From a virus: a DNA stretch of 64,000 bases. The translations under genes were made by a program, and so were the position numbers. The stretch covers positions 1-64,000 of IMG/VR virus record IMGVR_UViG_3300020057_001229; one strand, given 5' to 3'. Below the pieces are notes generated by a model. That model saw only the letters and a program-made list of their open reading frames with translations. It ran no database searches and was not told the DNA's origin. Each line of letters starts with the position of its first letter. Position 1 is the stretch's first letter. This document shows, one piece after another, positions 37,158 through 47,111 of the stretch.

Positions 37158-38330
37158 TTACAATTCGGCTGAATTGCTTATTACAGTGGTTATGAGGTAC
37201 AAAGACGCACCACCCGTCAGTCCGTGTGTGGTTTTCGCTGCTTGAATAAGAATTGCGTCCACCCCAAGGGTGTAGGTACTGAATGTAAAACCTGTTTGCG
37301 ACACTCCTTGTAAATTCGCAACAGAGATGTCGGTATCTGCAACGCCGTAGTTTACGACTCCAATCGCTCTCATTGGTGCGAACGAGTAGGAAAAGTAGAT
37401 GTTGTTAGACGACTGCTCGACCTGACTGATGCGGCGAGATAACCCTGACCCACCCCATACTTGAAAATAACGCTGACAGAGATCGAACTCTGCTTGGATA
37501 CTTACGCCTGTGCGACTAAACGGCACGGCAGCCGCAGGTACCGTAGAGAAGTCTCCAGGGCAAAGAGACATTTGAGCAATTCGGAACGTAGCTCCCGTAG
37601 TTGCAGCCCAATCAACGCATCCCGTAGGTCCGTTTGCAGAAGACGCTATCCAACTGTTTGTGGTGCTTGCTTGGAAGTTGGTTCCTAGACTTAAGTTTAT
37701 CAAGATGTAGAGACCAAGACTGTTGTCAAATATCCATGTACCTGTCGTGTCAAAGGTCAAATCTATCGCTTTTAGTTCCCAGGTGTTTGCGGCATTGATT
37801 GTAAACTTTGTAAGATAAGCCCGTGTCGAACCGTTGCCGAGACCTAAGCTGTAGTCGCCGGTTATAGACGCCTTTACCCAAAAGCTAAGCCTTGCAGGAC
37901 GACCATGTAGCTCTTGGAGGTTGTAGCCTTCGAGCCTGTGTTGGACTTGTGTGAAGCCGCCAACGGCGGTGGCAGCTCCGGTTCCGTTCGTGAACAGGGC
38001 ACTGTACACGCTTTGGTAGCCTGACTCGGCTAGTGTCGGTACGTCCGTCGAGCGTGTGGCTGTGGTTGTGTGGGCAGAATCCACAACTAAACGAAGACGG
38101 TCGGCGGTGTAACCGTTCGTGTTTGAGATAGTGAAAGACGTTCCCCGCTGCCAAAAGTCCATGTTTCCGTTGATTAGCTGATTTCGACGGGGAGCTTGTG
38201 AGACATAAGTGAAGGCTCCGGTCGAAGTCGTACTTACAAGAGATCCGGCAGGTAAAGTTGTTGCCGTCGTAAGCTGCGTGCCTGAGGGAAGTTGAGCTGG
38301 CGCACCTATCGCTCCGGGTATAATTGCCAT
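37158..38330 (-). CDS. Putative tail-fibre-associated protein
   Basis: RRNQLINGNMDFWQRG, YTADR, E..LCQRYF motifs common in phage fibre proteins. Confidence 0.7.
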   Translation of the reverse strand: MAIIPGAIGAPAQLPSGTQLTTATTLPAGSLVSTTSTGAFTYVSQAPRRNQLINGNMDFWQRGTSFTISNTNGYTADRLRLVVDSAHTTTATRSTDVPTLAESGYQSVYSALFTNGTGAATAVGGFTQVQHRLEGYNLQELHGRPARLSFWVKASITGDYSLGLGNGSTRAYLTKFTINAANTWELKAIDLTFDTTGTWIFDNSLGLYILINLSLGTNFQASTTNSWIASSANGPTGCVDWAATTGATFRIAQMSLCPGDFSTVPAAAVPFSRTGVSIQAEFDLCQRYFQVWGGSGLSRRISQVEQSSNNIYFSYSFAPMRAIGVVNYGVADTDISVANLQGVSQTGFTFSTYTLGVDAILIQAAKTTHGLTGGASLYLITTVISNSAEL

Positions 38331-38458
38331 CTATGATCCTCGTAGTAAAAAATTTAACCTTTAGAAGCTCTCCAACTCCTGAACGGACGCTGGACGCCTA
38401 GAATAATAATCTGAGGTAAGTGCTCGAAAGATTCGTTGGTATGAAGAAGATTGGACAA

Positions 38459-38692
38459 TTTTTTAATGCTCTTTTCCCGCAAGATAAAGCGATACACTTC
38501 ATCGTCGGTCTACTGGCTTTCGCCTTAGGGGCATTTTGGTCGCCGTGGTTAGGCAGCGGACTTTGTGTAGGAGCGGCATTTTTGAAGGAATATTGCGACA
38601 AGTACCTCGAAACAGGACATTTCGAGGTTGCCGACTTTATCTACACCGTAGCAGGTGGTGCGGTAGGTCTTTATCTGACGTTGTGTACGTGA
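38459..38692 (+). CDS. Small membrane protein
   Basis: QDKAIHF, KE..D, DF.YT..GG; start approximate (ATG at 38441 also possible). Confidence 0.5.
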   Translation, partial: FFNALFPQDKAIHFIVGLLAFALGAFWSPWLGSGLCVGAAFLKEYCDKYLETGHFEVADFIYTVAGGAVGLYLTLCT

Positions 38693-39243
38693 TCCATCCA
38701 GTCAGGTTTCAAACGCTCTAAGAGCGTGAGCACATCGTTCCACATAAACCCCACGACAGGATTAGTACGGATGAGCTTAGGGTCTAAAGCCCCGAACTCT
38801 TCGTCGTCGTCTAAAATCACGATGTCGTCCACTTGAAACTTCGGCATAAGGCAAGACTGCTCTGAGACTTTGGTGTTCTCGTCGAGCCAAGCTTGAACTT
38901 CTTCCCCTCTGATGACATTCCGATGCATGTCCCCCCACGGCGTTTTCGTGGACGACGACAGGTACGGCGTTTTGTCAAGTACCCGATCTGAATAGAGAAA
39001 TCCGTTGCTTGTCAGTATTTTCCGCAAAGTACATACATCTCGGTTTGTCCTCCAGCTTGACGATATGACGACGTTGAGGTCTGCAATCATCTCGCAGACG
39101 AAGTTCAAGTTCGAGATCGCAAGCGGGCAGAAAAAGTCAACGGGCATCCCGAACTCGTCGGAACGTCCTAACCCTCTGAGGTGGTAGACATCGCTTTGAG
39201 CGGAATTGAGGACGCCATCGAAATCAAGGAAGAGCAGTTTCAT
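38671..39243 (-). CDS. HAD-family phosphatase (Swiss-Army-knife RNA-repair type)
   Basis: FLDFDGVLN, VISSSWR, RGEEV..WL, ILDD. Confidence 0.85.
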   Translation of the reverse strand: MKLLFLDFDGVLNSAQSDVYHLRGLGRSDEFGMPVDFFCPLAISNLNFVCEMIADLNVVISSSWRTNRDVCTLRKILTSNGFLYSDRVLDKTPYLSSSTKTPWGDMHRNVIRGEEVQAWLDENTKVSEQSCLMPKFQVDDIVILDDDEEFGALDPKLIRTNPVVGFMWNDVLTLLERLKPDWMDHVHNVR

Positions 39244-39254
39244 AACTTAGTATG

Positions 39255-39668
39255 TTACTTGGCTGCCTTCATTTCCACTATGACTTTTTTGAGGAAAGCT
39301 TCTACGTTGGTCATGTCTACGAAGGCGTAGTCAAACCCAGGCTGCTTGTGGAGGTCGATGACTAAAGGAGCTTGGGGGTCTAAGAAGTCTTTGTGCTCTT
39401 CTGGGATCAAGTAAACGATGGCTGCGCCGTCTGTGTACTCCATTACGTCGTCGATCCAAAGACGAGCTACGAAGTGCCCTGCTTTGGTGACCTCAAAATA
39501 CTCACCTTTGAACTTGTCGAAGGTCTTCGCTGTGGCGACGTAGCCGAGCTTCTTGAAGCCGTCGAAGACGGCGTGGTAAAGCGAAGCTGGCTCCGACTTC
39601 GGCAGCTCGTCGGTGCCTTCAGAAGGCTTTGCCGAAACTTGGTATTTGTTGTGGAGCCACTTAAGCAT
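39255..39668 (-). CDS. Hypothetical protein with KYQVSA leader
   Basis: GAGGA SD; shared leader. Confidence 0.65.
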   Translation of the reverse strand: MLKWLHNKYQVSAKPSEGTDELPKSEPASLYHAVFDGFKKLGYVATAKTFDKFKGEYFEVTKAGHFVARLWIDDVMEYTDGAAIVYLIPEEHKDFLDPQAPLVIDLHKQPGFDYAFVDMTNVEAFLKKVIVEMKAAK

Positions 39669-39754
39669 TGGAGTCCTCGGATTTTCTATTAAAGAATCTC
39701 CGAAGGCAGGCAGCTATCCATCTAATTCGGACGGTTAAGAGCCTAAAGCTGCGC

Positions 39755-40267
39755 TTAAGCGGCTTCTTTGACGGATAAGAGTTTCAAAGCTTTAAGCATC
39801 ATGGCTATATCTTTGAGATCAACGATGCCTTTATAGATCCACTTCAAACCATCGAATTGAAAAAGAACAGGCACGTCAGCTTCGTCGTCGAAGTTCTCTT
39901 TGTCGGAGTCCTGAAGACGAACGATGAGATCCGGGATCATAGGTGCAAGCGCCTCGGCGACACCTTGCTTCAACGATCTTTCGGTGTCATCGGTATCGTC
40001 GATAAATTTCCCTGACGGAAGTTGGGTCATATATTGGTATGTGAAACCTACATGCAGCGGAATCTTAGCTGGGGTTTCATCAGCATCGTCATCTACTTCA
40101 CTATCACGGGCTCTGATATCAGAGGTGTAAGACTTTTTTGGAGGAGCTTTTCTCCAATTCTTGTCCAAATACACAACGATAGAACCGTAGTCGGCGCGGT
40201 GTGATTCGCAGATCTGAATTTGAACTAGGCAGTAAGTGCCTTGCTCCGTTACGAGTTCTTCTGACAT
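39755..40267 (-). CDS. Hypothetical acidic protein
   Basis: GGAGG SD. Confidence 0.6.
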   Translation of the reverse strand: MSEELVTEQGTYCLVQIQICESHRADYGSIVVYLDKNWRKAPPKKSYTSDIRARDSEVDDDADETPAKIPLHVGFTYQYMTQLPSGKFIDDTDDTERSLKQGVAEALAPMIPDLIVRLQDSDKENFDDEADVPVLFQFDGLKWIYKGIVDLKDIAMMLKALKLLSVKEAA

Positions 40268-40352
40268 TTTTTTGTCCTCCAGCAGAAAAAACTACCAGAG
40301 GTAAGGTGAAACATCAAACTTTAAAGTAAAGCAACCGTAATTTATTTGTCTC

Positions 40353-41018
40353 TTAGTCGGGTATCGCCGCCGAGCTGATGGCGTGTTCAGTTTTCAAATC
40401 TAGCAAACCTATGTAGAGCAAGTACATCACTACAGCATTAAAAATGTGCCACATGAAGTGGGTGCCTAGCGGGAAAGACTTGCAAAGTGGCAAGTCCAAA
40501 GCCCTCAACGTCAAAGAGGCTATAAACAGTACAGTTGCGCCTACGAACTTTTTGGTTGCTACCGAGCCTTTAACCCACACTTGGTAAGTAGCGATGGCGC
40601 TGAGCAGTAGAGTTCCGAAGTAGTAGTTGGAGTTGGCGACTAGGGAGTGATCGACGTAGGTCAAGAAGCCAAAGTTGATAGCGAAGAAGAGGGCGTAAAT
40701 TGAAAGAACTATCCAAGGTCCCAACGCCAACGCACTGTAGAAGGCTCCTATAAAGACTATGATCCAAGAAACCAACGGAAAGACATCAAGCCACCTCCCC
40801 CACGGCTCGCCGTAGACGTGCAGTAAAGCACTGCCTAAGCCCGTTACGAAGGTAAAGAAGGTCAAAAGAACTTTCGATAGAGACCAGTTCTTTGTCTCTA
40901 GTATCATGAACAGACCAGCAATCAGGAAGGCGACGTTTGACCATGTATTGAGAGGCTCGTAGAAGACTCTAGTGCCCGTTAAGCGTTCGCAGTAGGACGT
41001 AAGTGTGTTGTAGTCCAT
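40353..41018 (-). CDS. Ceramidase-like (CREST superfamily) membrane protein
   Basis: YCER...EPLNTWSN, GS.LLH, D..P, HFMWHI; multiple TM helices. Confidence 0.8.
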   Translation of the reverse strand: MDYNTLTSYCERLTGTRVFYEPLNTWSNVAFLIAGLFMILETKNWSLSKVLLTFFTFVTGLGSALLHVYGEPWGRWLDVFPLVSWIIVFIGAFYSALALGPWIVLSIYALFFAINFGFLTYVDHSLVANSNYYFGTLLLSAIATYQVWVKGSVATKKFVGATVLFIASLTLRALDLPLCKSFPLGTHFMWHIFNAVVMYLLYIGLLDLKTEHAISSAAIPD

Positions 41019-41034
41019 AGGTTCTCCAATCAGG

Positions 41035-41829
41035 TCATCCGCTCGATAGACCCGTCGAAGATGAATCTTGAGCCCTGCGAATGACTGGAATTTGGGATCT
41101 TAAGAAATCCCTGTTTTGGGTAAACACTGGAATATTATTATCAAGCACAAACCCCTCATCTTTAGGGGACTTAACAACCATTCGCCCCCTTTTCTGATAG
41201 ATTGGCAGATCGTTCCAGTTGATCCCCTTTGCCATTAGCATGTCGTGCATATTAGAGCAGTTCTTACCTTCTAGCTCTTTATGAGAATAAAGGCTTCTAG
41301 CCATCATCTGAAGGCTGTTGCGGGAGGCGTCTTGCTGCCGCCAAATGAAGTAGTTTTCTACCTCGATGGGGTCCGCAATTGTGAAGACTCTAGAATCGAA
41401 AAGAGCTATTTTGAATGTATCTTGAGAGCTTCGGAACCGGTTAGGAGCAAACGGAAAATCGTGGACCGATCCCTCACTTTGGAAACGGTTGTTAAAAGCC
41501 GCCGTAGCTACAGACGCACTTATTGAACAGATCTTCTGTATGTTGCCGTCAAAATAAGCGTCGGTGTTGTCGTTGCCGAAGTCTGTCATGAGAACCGAGA
41601 TTTCGTCGCTTTGTGTATACGAAAAGACCGCTCCGCTTAATGTCGTGCAAAGCAGATCGGCAGCGGCGTCCATGGAGCAAACAAGGCTGTCATCAATGGG
41701 GAAGTTCATTCCCTTCGTGAACGTATGGAAGGCTTTGCCGTCGATCCTGACCACCGTATACGTCCGCCGTGGCAAAAAGTAACGGGTGCGGTTTTCGTAG
41801 TTGCCTTTCATCCGGTCGCCGAGTTCCAT
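41035..41829 (-). CDS. Thg1-like (tRNA-His guanylyltransferase / 3'-5' polymerase) protein
   Basis: RIDGKAFH, YTQSDEIS, FDSRVF, YFIWRQQDA.RNS, KGINWN..P...KRG. Confidence 0.93.
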   Translation of the reverse strand: MELGDRMKGNYENRTRYFLPRRTYTVVRIDGKAFHTFTKGMNFPIDDSLVCSMDAAADLLCTTLSGAVFSYTQSDEISVLMTDFGNDNTDAYFDGNIQKICSISASVATAAFNNRFQSEGSVHDFPFAPNRFRSSQDTFKIALFDSRVFTIADPIEVENYFIWRQQDASRNSLQMMARSLYSHKELEGKNCSNMHDMLMAKGINWNDLPIYQKRGRMVVKSPKDEGFVLDNNIPVFTQNRDFLRSQIPVIRRAQDSSSTGLSSG

Positions 41830-42647
41830 CGTCGAGGTCGCCTTTCTTTTACTTCGCTTACGTTACCCAAAGACCAGACGAGGTTCTCATCTATGTGGAG
41901 AAGCTGCAAGATATTTACGAGATGGTCTTCCTTCGGCACGTCTTTGTCGGAGTGAATGCAAATGCTGAAAAGCTTCTTGTCTGGAGTTCTTACCTTTACG
42001 GTGCCAAAGTACGGAATGACGTAGTAACCACGGACGCCTTGGAAGCCGACGAACTTTCTAACTACGAAGCGTTTGTAGTCCGCCTCCGAGATCATGTCCC
42101 GCAACGACAGTCGTGCTCTGAGGTCTGCACCGGGAAGCTTGACCTTCTTTGCCTTGCTTTCGTAGAGAGCCCGCATCTTCATTATCACATCGTCGTCGTC
42201 AAAATATTTGGCGGGCTTGTGCTTGCGGACTAAGCGGTCCTTCAAACTTTTAAGCGGGTTGCGGTAAAACTTGCCGTTTTCAACCAAAACTACGTAGCGT
42301 TCTAGCGACTGCAAAACCGTGTTCATGTTGGGGTGTATGAGGGGAGCAGATTGGGTCTCGTCAAGCTTTTGAAAGCTCGTGATGTAGCCTTCCTCGATTC
42401 CAAAGTTGAGGTCTTCGGACAGGATGCGGAAGCACTGCGTACCTTCGACCATGAATGTGCAAGCCTCGAAAGCTAAGCCAGCGATGCTCGTAACCGTACC
42501 GTCAGCATTTTTGATGTAGTCTTCGTGGACGAACTCGGGGTTGGTGACGTGAAGCTCGATGTCGGTACGACGCAAGATGTCTTCAAGACGAAGCCCGATG
42601 TCACATGCTGGTTGCATAATAGCTGCTGGTTGTGTACTGGTAGGCAT
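41808..42647 (-). CDS. Hypothetical protein
   Basis: Long ORF; start approximate. Confidence 0.6.
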   Translation of the reverse strand: MPTSTQPAAIMQPACDIGLRLEDILRRTDIELHVTNPEFVHEDYIKNADGTVTSIAGLAFEACTFMVEGTQCFRILSEDLNFGIEEGYITSFQKLDETQSAPLIHPNMNTVLQSLERYVVLVENGKFYRNPLKSLKDRLVRKHKPAKYFDDDDVIMKMRALYESKAKKVKLPGADLRARLSLRDMISEADYKRFVVRKFVGFQGVRGYYVIPYFGTVKVRTPDKKLFSICIHSDKDVPKEDHLVNILQLLHIDENLVWSLGNVSEVKERRPRRWNSATG

Positions 42648-43060
42648 AGACTTTCCCGTGCAAATTTTAGGCTGAATGGTGTACAATAGTACATCCACGC
42701 CTCGAACACTAAGTCAAAGATAAACCAAAGGAGTCGCCAACTTATGCCAATTGCAAAACGACTTTTAGCGAAAGCTGCCGCCCTCAGTCAGCTCGTAAGC
42801 ATCGAGGCTGAGAGCCTCTTTAGGATGTTCGAGAGACGCAACTACCGTGAGCAAGAAGTCGAGCGGATTCTTACGTGCTTCAAAGATATGGGAGCTAACC
42901 CTGAGAACCTAGAAGGCGAACGCAGGCGTCTATTGGAAGATGATCTCTACTTAGAGTCATGGCAGGAAGCGACATCTGCGTAAAAAATACGCAAAAGAAA
43001 AAAGCGAACGACACCGAAAAAGCTCTTGCACTCTTCGAGTGGTTCACTTAAAACCTTCCT

Positions 43061-43712
43061 TGTCGGAAGCACTGAAGCAAACGTCGCAAGACAAGCCTGC
43101 TTCGGGGACTGAGAAGAGATAAGGCTTTAAATCGTGCTTTCTCAAAATCGAGCCGACACTCGGTTGAGTTAGGGTTTAACTCAATGAAAAGCATTGGTGA
43201 CAATGCAAGTCGAACTTGTGACAAGACAAGCCTTAAAATTTGTCAGAGATCAGGTTCAACTAAAAACTCCCTCGAAGATATCAAATTCGAGGCAAGCCGA
43301 CTCTTGAACTGTAGAGGTTCAAGGCGTAACTGGAGATAGACAGCTTGCGGCTCTCCATGGGGAGAAAGAGTTTGACATCGTTCAAGCTCCCGGATCTTGA
43401 AAATCCGGACCTCTGAAACCCGTCCAGACATGACGTAAAAATGTACGCTTCTCGCTCAAAGGGTTAAACCTACGAGCAAACTATAAGGTTCCCTGTAAGG
43501 GACGTTAAAGGAGAAGGGCGATGGCGGAGAAAAGTTGGGATTGTAATTCTAGACCGATCATCTGGAATATCTAAACGCCCCCAACAGAGAGACAACTCTT
43601 CAAACAATCGGAACTGCAACAGGGATTAATTATCCCGCCTTCGGCTAAGAGGATTAGTGCTCATCTTAGGGTGAGCCGAGTTAGCCAGGAGTGTAACGGT
43701 CCTAGTTCCGCG
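43061..43712 (+). ncRNA. Large structured non-coding RNA candidate (~650 nt), unassigned
   Basis: No credible ORF; more than 12 hairpins; upstream TTGCAC-N17-TAAAAC; 3' domain closed by CGGAACT/AGTTCCG. Confidence 0.7.
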
Positions 43713-43717
43713 TCCGA

Positions 43718-43755
43718 GGAAGCCCGCTTAGGTTTACAGACCTAAGCGGGCTTCC
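43718..43755 (+). terminator. 16-bp perfect hairpin after the large ncRNA
   Basis: GGAAGCCCGCTTAGGT-TTACAG-ACCTAAGCGGGCTTCC; weak U-tract. Confidence 0.65.
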
Positions 43756-43838
43756 AACATTTAATTTGGCTTGCTTGAGCATCGTGCTGACACTACTCTC
43801 AGGCGTCTGAAGACATATCCGAGTAGAGGGTTGCCGAC

Positions 43839-45329
43839 ATGCTGAAGGCAGTGCTGCGCATAGGAGGTGGTTTAGTCGCCGTGTTCGGTGTCGTGCTGGT
43901 GACGTACACACTTAAGAGGATAGACTCTTACCTCGCGGACACACCCCTGCTTCTAGGCATATCTTCGCTTACGCTGATCGCGTTTTTCTTCGGCTGGTGG
44001 TCCGCCGTCATCTCCGCGCTTGCTTTTATTACCCTCATTAAGCTCTACGTTTCGCCAGAAATCCACACGGTGTCTTTCAGTCTTTTTGTCGCTCAGACTG
44101 CGATCATTGCGGGGCTCATCGAGAAGCTAGGTAACGCACGCCGTAGCTGCTCAGACGAAGCTACCAAATGCCAAGAGACCGAACACGAGCTTCGAGCCGC
44201 AAAAGAGCACGCAGAAAGATCTAACCAGACTAAGGGAGAATTTCTAGCCAACATGAGCCACGAGCTTCGCACTCCTCTCGGTGTCATTCTAGGCTACAGC
44301 GAAATCATAGCGAACGACACGCCTTCAAAGGAAGAGAAGATAGAATATGCTGACGCTATTAAGCGCAATGGTGAAACGTTAGCCAGATTGATAGATGACA
44401 TACTTGACCTAAGTCTTGCAGAAGCACAAAAGATAAGTATTGAAATACTACCTACATGCCTTAAAGATCTATGTACAGTTTTAGAAAAAGAGATGACGCC
44501 TCTAGCTGTACTAAAAAATATACGATTAAAGGTACACTGCGCCGATGTTCCTAATAACATACGCACTGACCCAATTCGTCTTAGACAAATACTTAGCAAT
44601 CTAGTTAACAACGGTATTAAATTCACCCCTTACGGAGGTGAAGTAAGCGTGTATGTGGAAAAATATGAAGAGACGCTATGCTTCGTCGTTCGGGACAATG
44701 GTAAGGGAATTTCTACTGAAGAAGCTAAGAAGCTTTTCAAGCCCTTCTCACAAGCCGACAGCTCTACGACGCGGAAATATGGGGGGACAGGCTTAGGCTT
44801 AGCGCTTTCTAAAAAGCTTGCTCAAAGCCTTGGCGGGGATGTTTTTTTGCGGGAAAGCGTTCCCGGCAAAGGGAGCACATTCGTTGTTCAAATCCACTTG
44901 ACGCCGACATCCTTGCACGAGACCAAGAGCAAGCATAAACATTTTGACGGCGCTCTCGACGGTGTCCGAGTCCTTCTTGCCGACGATGCCTTCGATAACA
45001 GACTGCTTTTGAAAGCGCTTTTGAAGCCAACGGGTGCGCTGCTTCGACTAGTGGAAGACGGCGAGCAAGCGCTTCAAGCTGTGCAACAGCACGACTTTGA
45101 CGTTGTTTTCTTAGATCTTCAAATGCCTATAATGGACGGCTACGAAGCTTGCCGTGCGCTGAGAAGTCAAGGCTACACAAAACCTATCATCGCTTTGACC
45201 GCGCACGCTATGCAGGAAGAAAGAACCAAAACGAAGACTGCTGGGTTCGATGCCCATGTCACTAAGCCGGTCAACGTCGGAAACCTCGTGAGCGCAATTC
45301 GTGCCTCGCTCGACGCCAAACCGAGTTAG
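43839..45329 (+). CDS. Membrane-bound hybrid sensor histidine kinase with receiver domain
   Basis: FLANMSHELRTPL, NLVNNGIKFT, DNGKG, GGTGLGL, LADD...FLDLQMPIMDG...KP. Confidence 0.95.
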   Translation: MLKAVLRIGGGLVAVFGVVLVTYTLKRIDSYLADTPLLLGISSLTLIAFFFGWWSAVISALAFITLIKLYVSPEIHTVSFSLFVAQTAIIAGLIEKLGNARRSCSDEATKCQETEHELRAAKEHAERSNQTKGEFLANMSHELRTPLGVILGYSEIIANDTPSKEEKIEYADAIKRNGETLARLIDDILDLSLAEAQKISIEILPTCLKDLCTVLEKEMTPLAVLKNIRLKVHCADVPNNIRTDPIRLRQILSNLVNNGIKFTPYGGEVSVYVEKYEETLCFVVRDNGKGISTEEAKKLFKPFSQADSSTTRKYGGTGLGLALSKKLAQSLGGDVFLRESVPGKGSTFVVQIHLTPTSLHETKSKHKHFDGALDGVRVLLADDAFDNRLLLKALLKPTGALLRLVEDGEQALQAVQQHDFDVVFLDLQMPIMDGYEACRALRSQGYTKPIIALTAHAMQEERTKTKTAGFDAHVTKPVNVGNLVSAIRASLDAKPS

Positions 45330-45430
45330 TCAGGAGTGTGACGGTCCTATTTCCAACCAGGGGTTCTGGGATAAAATTGAGGTACAAAAAAAGGAGGCAT
45401 AGCCTCCTTTTTCTTCGCGCCTCTAATGAC

Positions 45431-45886
45431 TTACTCCGTAAAGAGCATGACGTTGATGCGGCGGTTGAGTTCCTCGAAGAGCAGTTGCGTCTTAGCGAGA
45501 TGCAATGCTAGGTCAGCGTAGCGACCAGCGAACGGACGAAGCTGCGTGCGTGTGTGCAGCCACTCAGAGCGAAGCTCGTAGAACGAGTCGCCGATATCGT
45601 AGGTCCCGTAACCATCTTGCGCACCGTTCAGCGCCTTCGAAAGGTAACGACCGTGGCTCTTCACCGACTGCACTTCGTCCGTGAAATGGACGATGCGGTT
45701 GTTGTTCGAGACAACATTGAAAAGCTTTTGAACTTCGCGATTGAAGTTCTGACTCGCCGTGATGGCGTCTTGGGACGTGAGCTGAACGCTTTGGACCGAT
45801 GATTGGTCCTGCGTACCGGTCTCGGCTACGCCGTAAGCGGCTGGGAGGGCGAGAGCGAACGCAAAGGCAACTTTCAACAACTTCAT
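45431..45886 (-). CDS. Secreted hypothetical protein
   Basis: MKLLKVAFAFALALPAAYGVA signal; GGAGG SD. Confidence 0.65.
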   Translation of the reverse strand: MKLLKVAFAFALALPAAYGVAETGTQDQSSVQSVQLTSQDAITASQNFNREVQKLFNVVSNNNRIVHFTDEVQSVKSHGRYLSKALNGAQDGYGTYDIGDSFYELRSEWLHTRTQLRPFAGRYADLALHLAKTQLLFEELNRRINVMLFTE

Positions 45887-46649
45887 GACAAGAACCTCCA
45901 AAGAAACGTTTAAGGGAGTTCGGGTTTACGCCCGCTACCCCTCACCGTCAATGGAATTTCCCTATACGAGTCTGCCTACTTGCTGAGCATTATCGCCGTT
46001 GAAGACCTTCGATATCTGAAGGTCTCACTAGCGCCGCAACAGCTACGGCGTCTTTGAGGCTCGTCGGCTGACCTGCGAGGACAGCGCGAAGTTTTTGGCA
46101 GTCCATGGCTGCCATGCCACAATCTTGAGCAGACCGTCCCCAACTTACGGCATGGACCGTGTTCGTTTTATGGTCACGAGCGAAGACGATGATCTGATCC
46201 AAGCCGTAGCTGTCAGCAAGCGCCTTTGCCGCGTCTACAGGTAGATCAGTCACTTTCGGAACCCCACAGTGGCTTCCAAATTGAGAATGAAGTTTCCTAA
46301 AGGAAAGTATTCAGCATTGACCATGAGGTCGTGCGGACCCTCCCCAGGGAACGCCCCACAACTTACCAAAAACTTGTAGTAGCAGCTTCTGAAGTCTCCG
46401 CTGCCTACGCAGTTCTCTTCAGCTTCGAGCCTGTCTGTGGTCGGCAGGTCGCAGGAGACAGGGTACGCCTTCTCGACGACGCCAACAAAACGAACAAGGC
46501 GAGCGTCTTGAAGGATCAAGGTTGCTAGACGTGGATCGACGGGCTCAGCTCTGAGGTTCGTCGGGAGGCTTGTAGCCAACAAGGTCGCAAACACCTTCAA
46601 ATTAGGAAGCATTTTCAATGACCCTACTTGTTTGGTAAATGGTGAGCAA

Positions 46650-47111
46650 CTAGCATTGAAATTTCTCAGGCGTACAGACTGTCCAAGTGCGGAGGTCTTG
46701 GATCTTTTCAATAAGAGCTTTGGACTGCTCCCAAGGCACGTAGAAAAGTCCGCTGTTGAAGCGGTTGCTGTAGATCTCTAGCTCTTTAGGAGCTTTCATC
46801 ATGAGGTCCATCAAAGCAAGAACGGTTGCGGTGAGGATCTTTGAGGGAGAGTCAACTTGAGCGCCGTAAGCCACTGAGGTCATCAGACAGCCGATGAAGT
46901 AGCCGCTGTCTTTAACTATGACGGCTCTTCCTAAGAGGTCTGCGCCGTGCTTTTCACAGGAGGCTCTATATTGTTCGTAGCCGACTGGGAAGCGTTCGCG
47001 AAAGGATTTGGCGATACCACTACCCCAGACGCCCTTAGTGTTGCAGGCATGAACAAGAAGGCTACCTGGAGCTGCTTCAAAGAGATCGTCCGAGGTCTCG
47101 ACTACCTTCAT
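46650..47111 (-). CDS. Macro-domain protein (Poa1p/TARG1/DarG-like)
   Basis: DLF, HACNTKGVWGSGIAK.F...FP, NSGLF.VPW. Confidence 0.88.
   Translation of the reverse strand: MKVVETSDDLFEAAPGSLLVHACNTKGVWGSGIAKSFRERFPVGYEQYRASCEKHGADLLGRAVIVKDSGYFIGCLMTSVAYGAQVDSPSKILTATVLALMDLMMKAPKELEIYSNRFNSGLFYVPWEQSKALIEKIQDLRTWTVCTPEKFQC

Noticed and set aside
43061-43712. Group I or II intron, tmRNA or RNase P RNA
   Set aside because: No interrupted gene, no convincing domain V or P7 motifs, no tRNA-like ends, and no RNase P P4 signature seen by eye.
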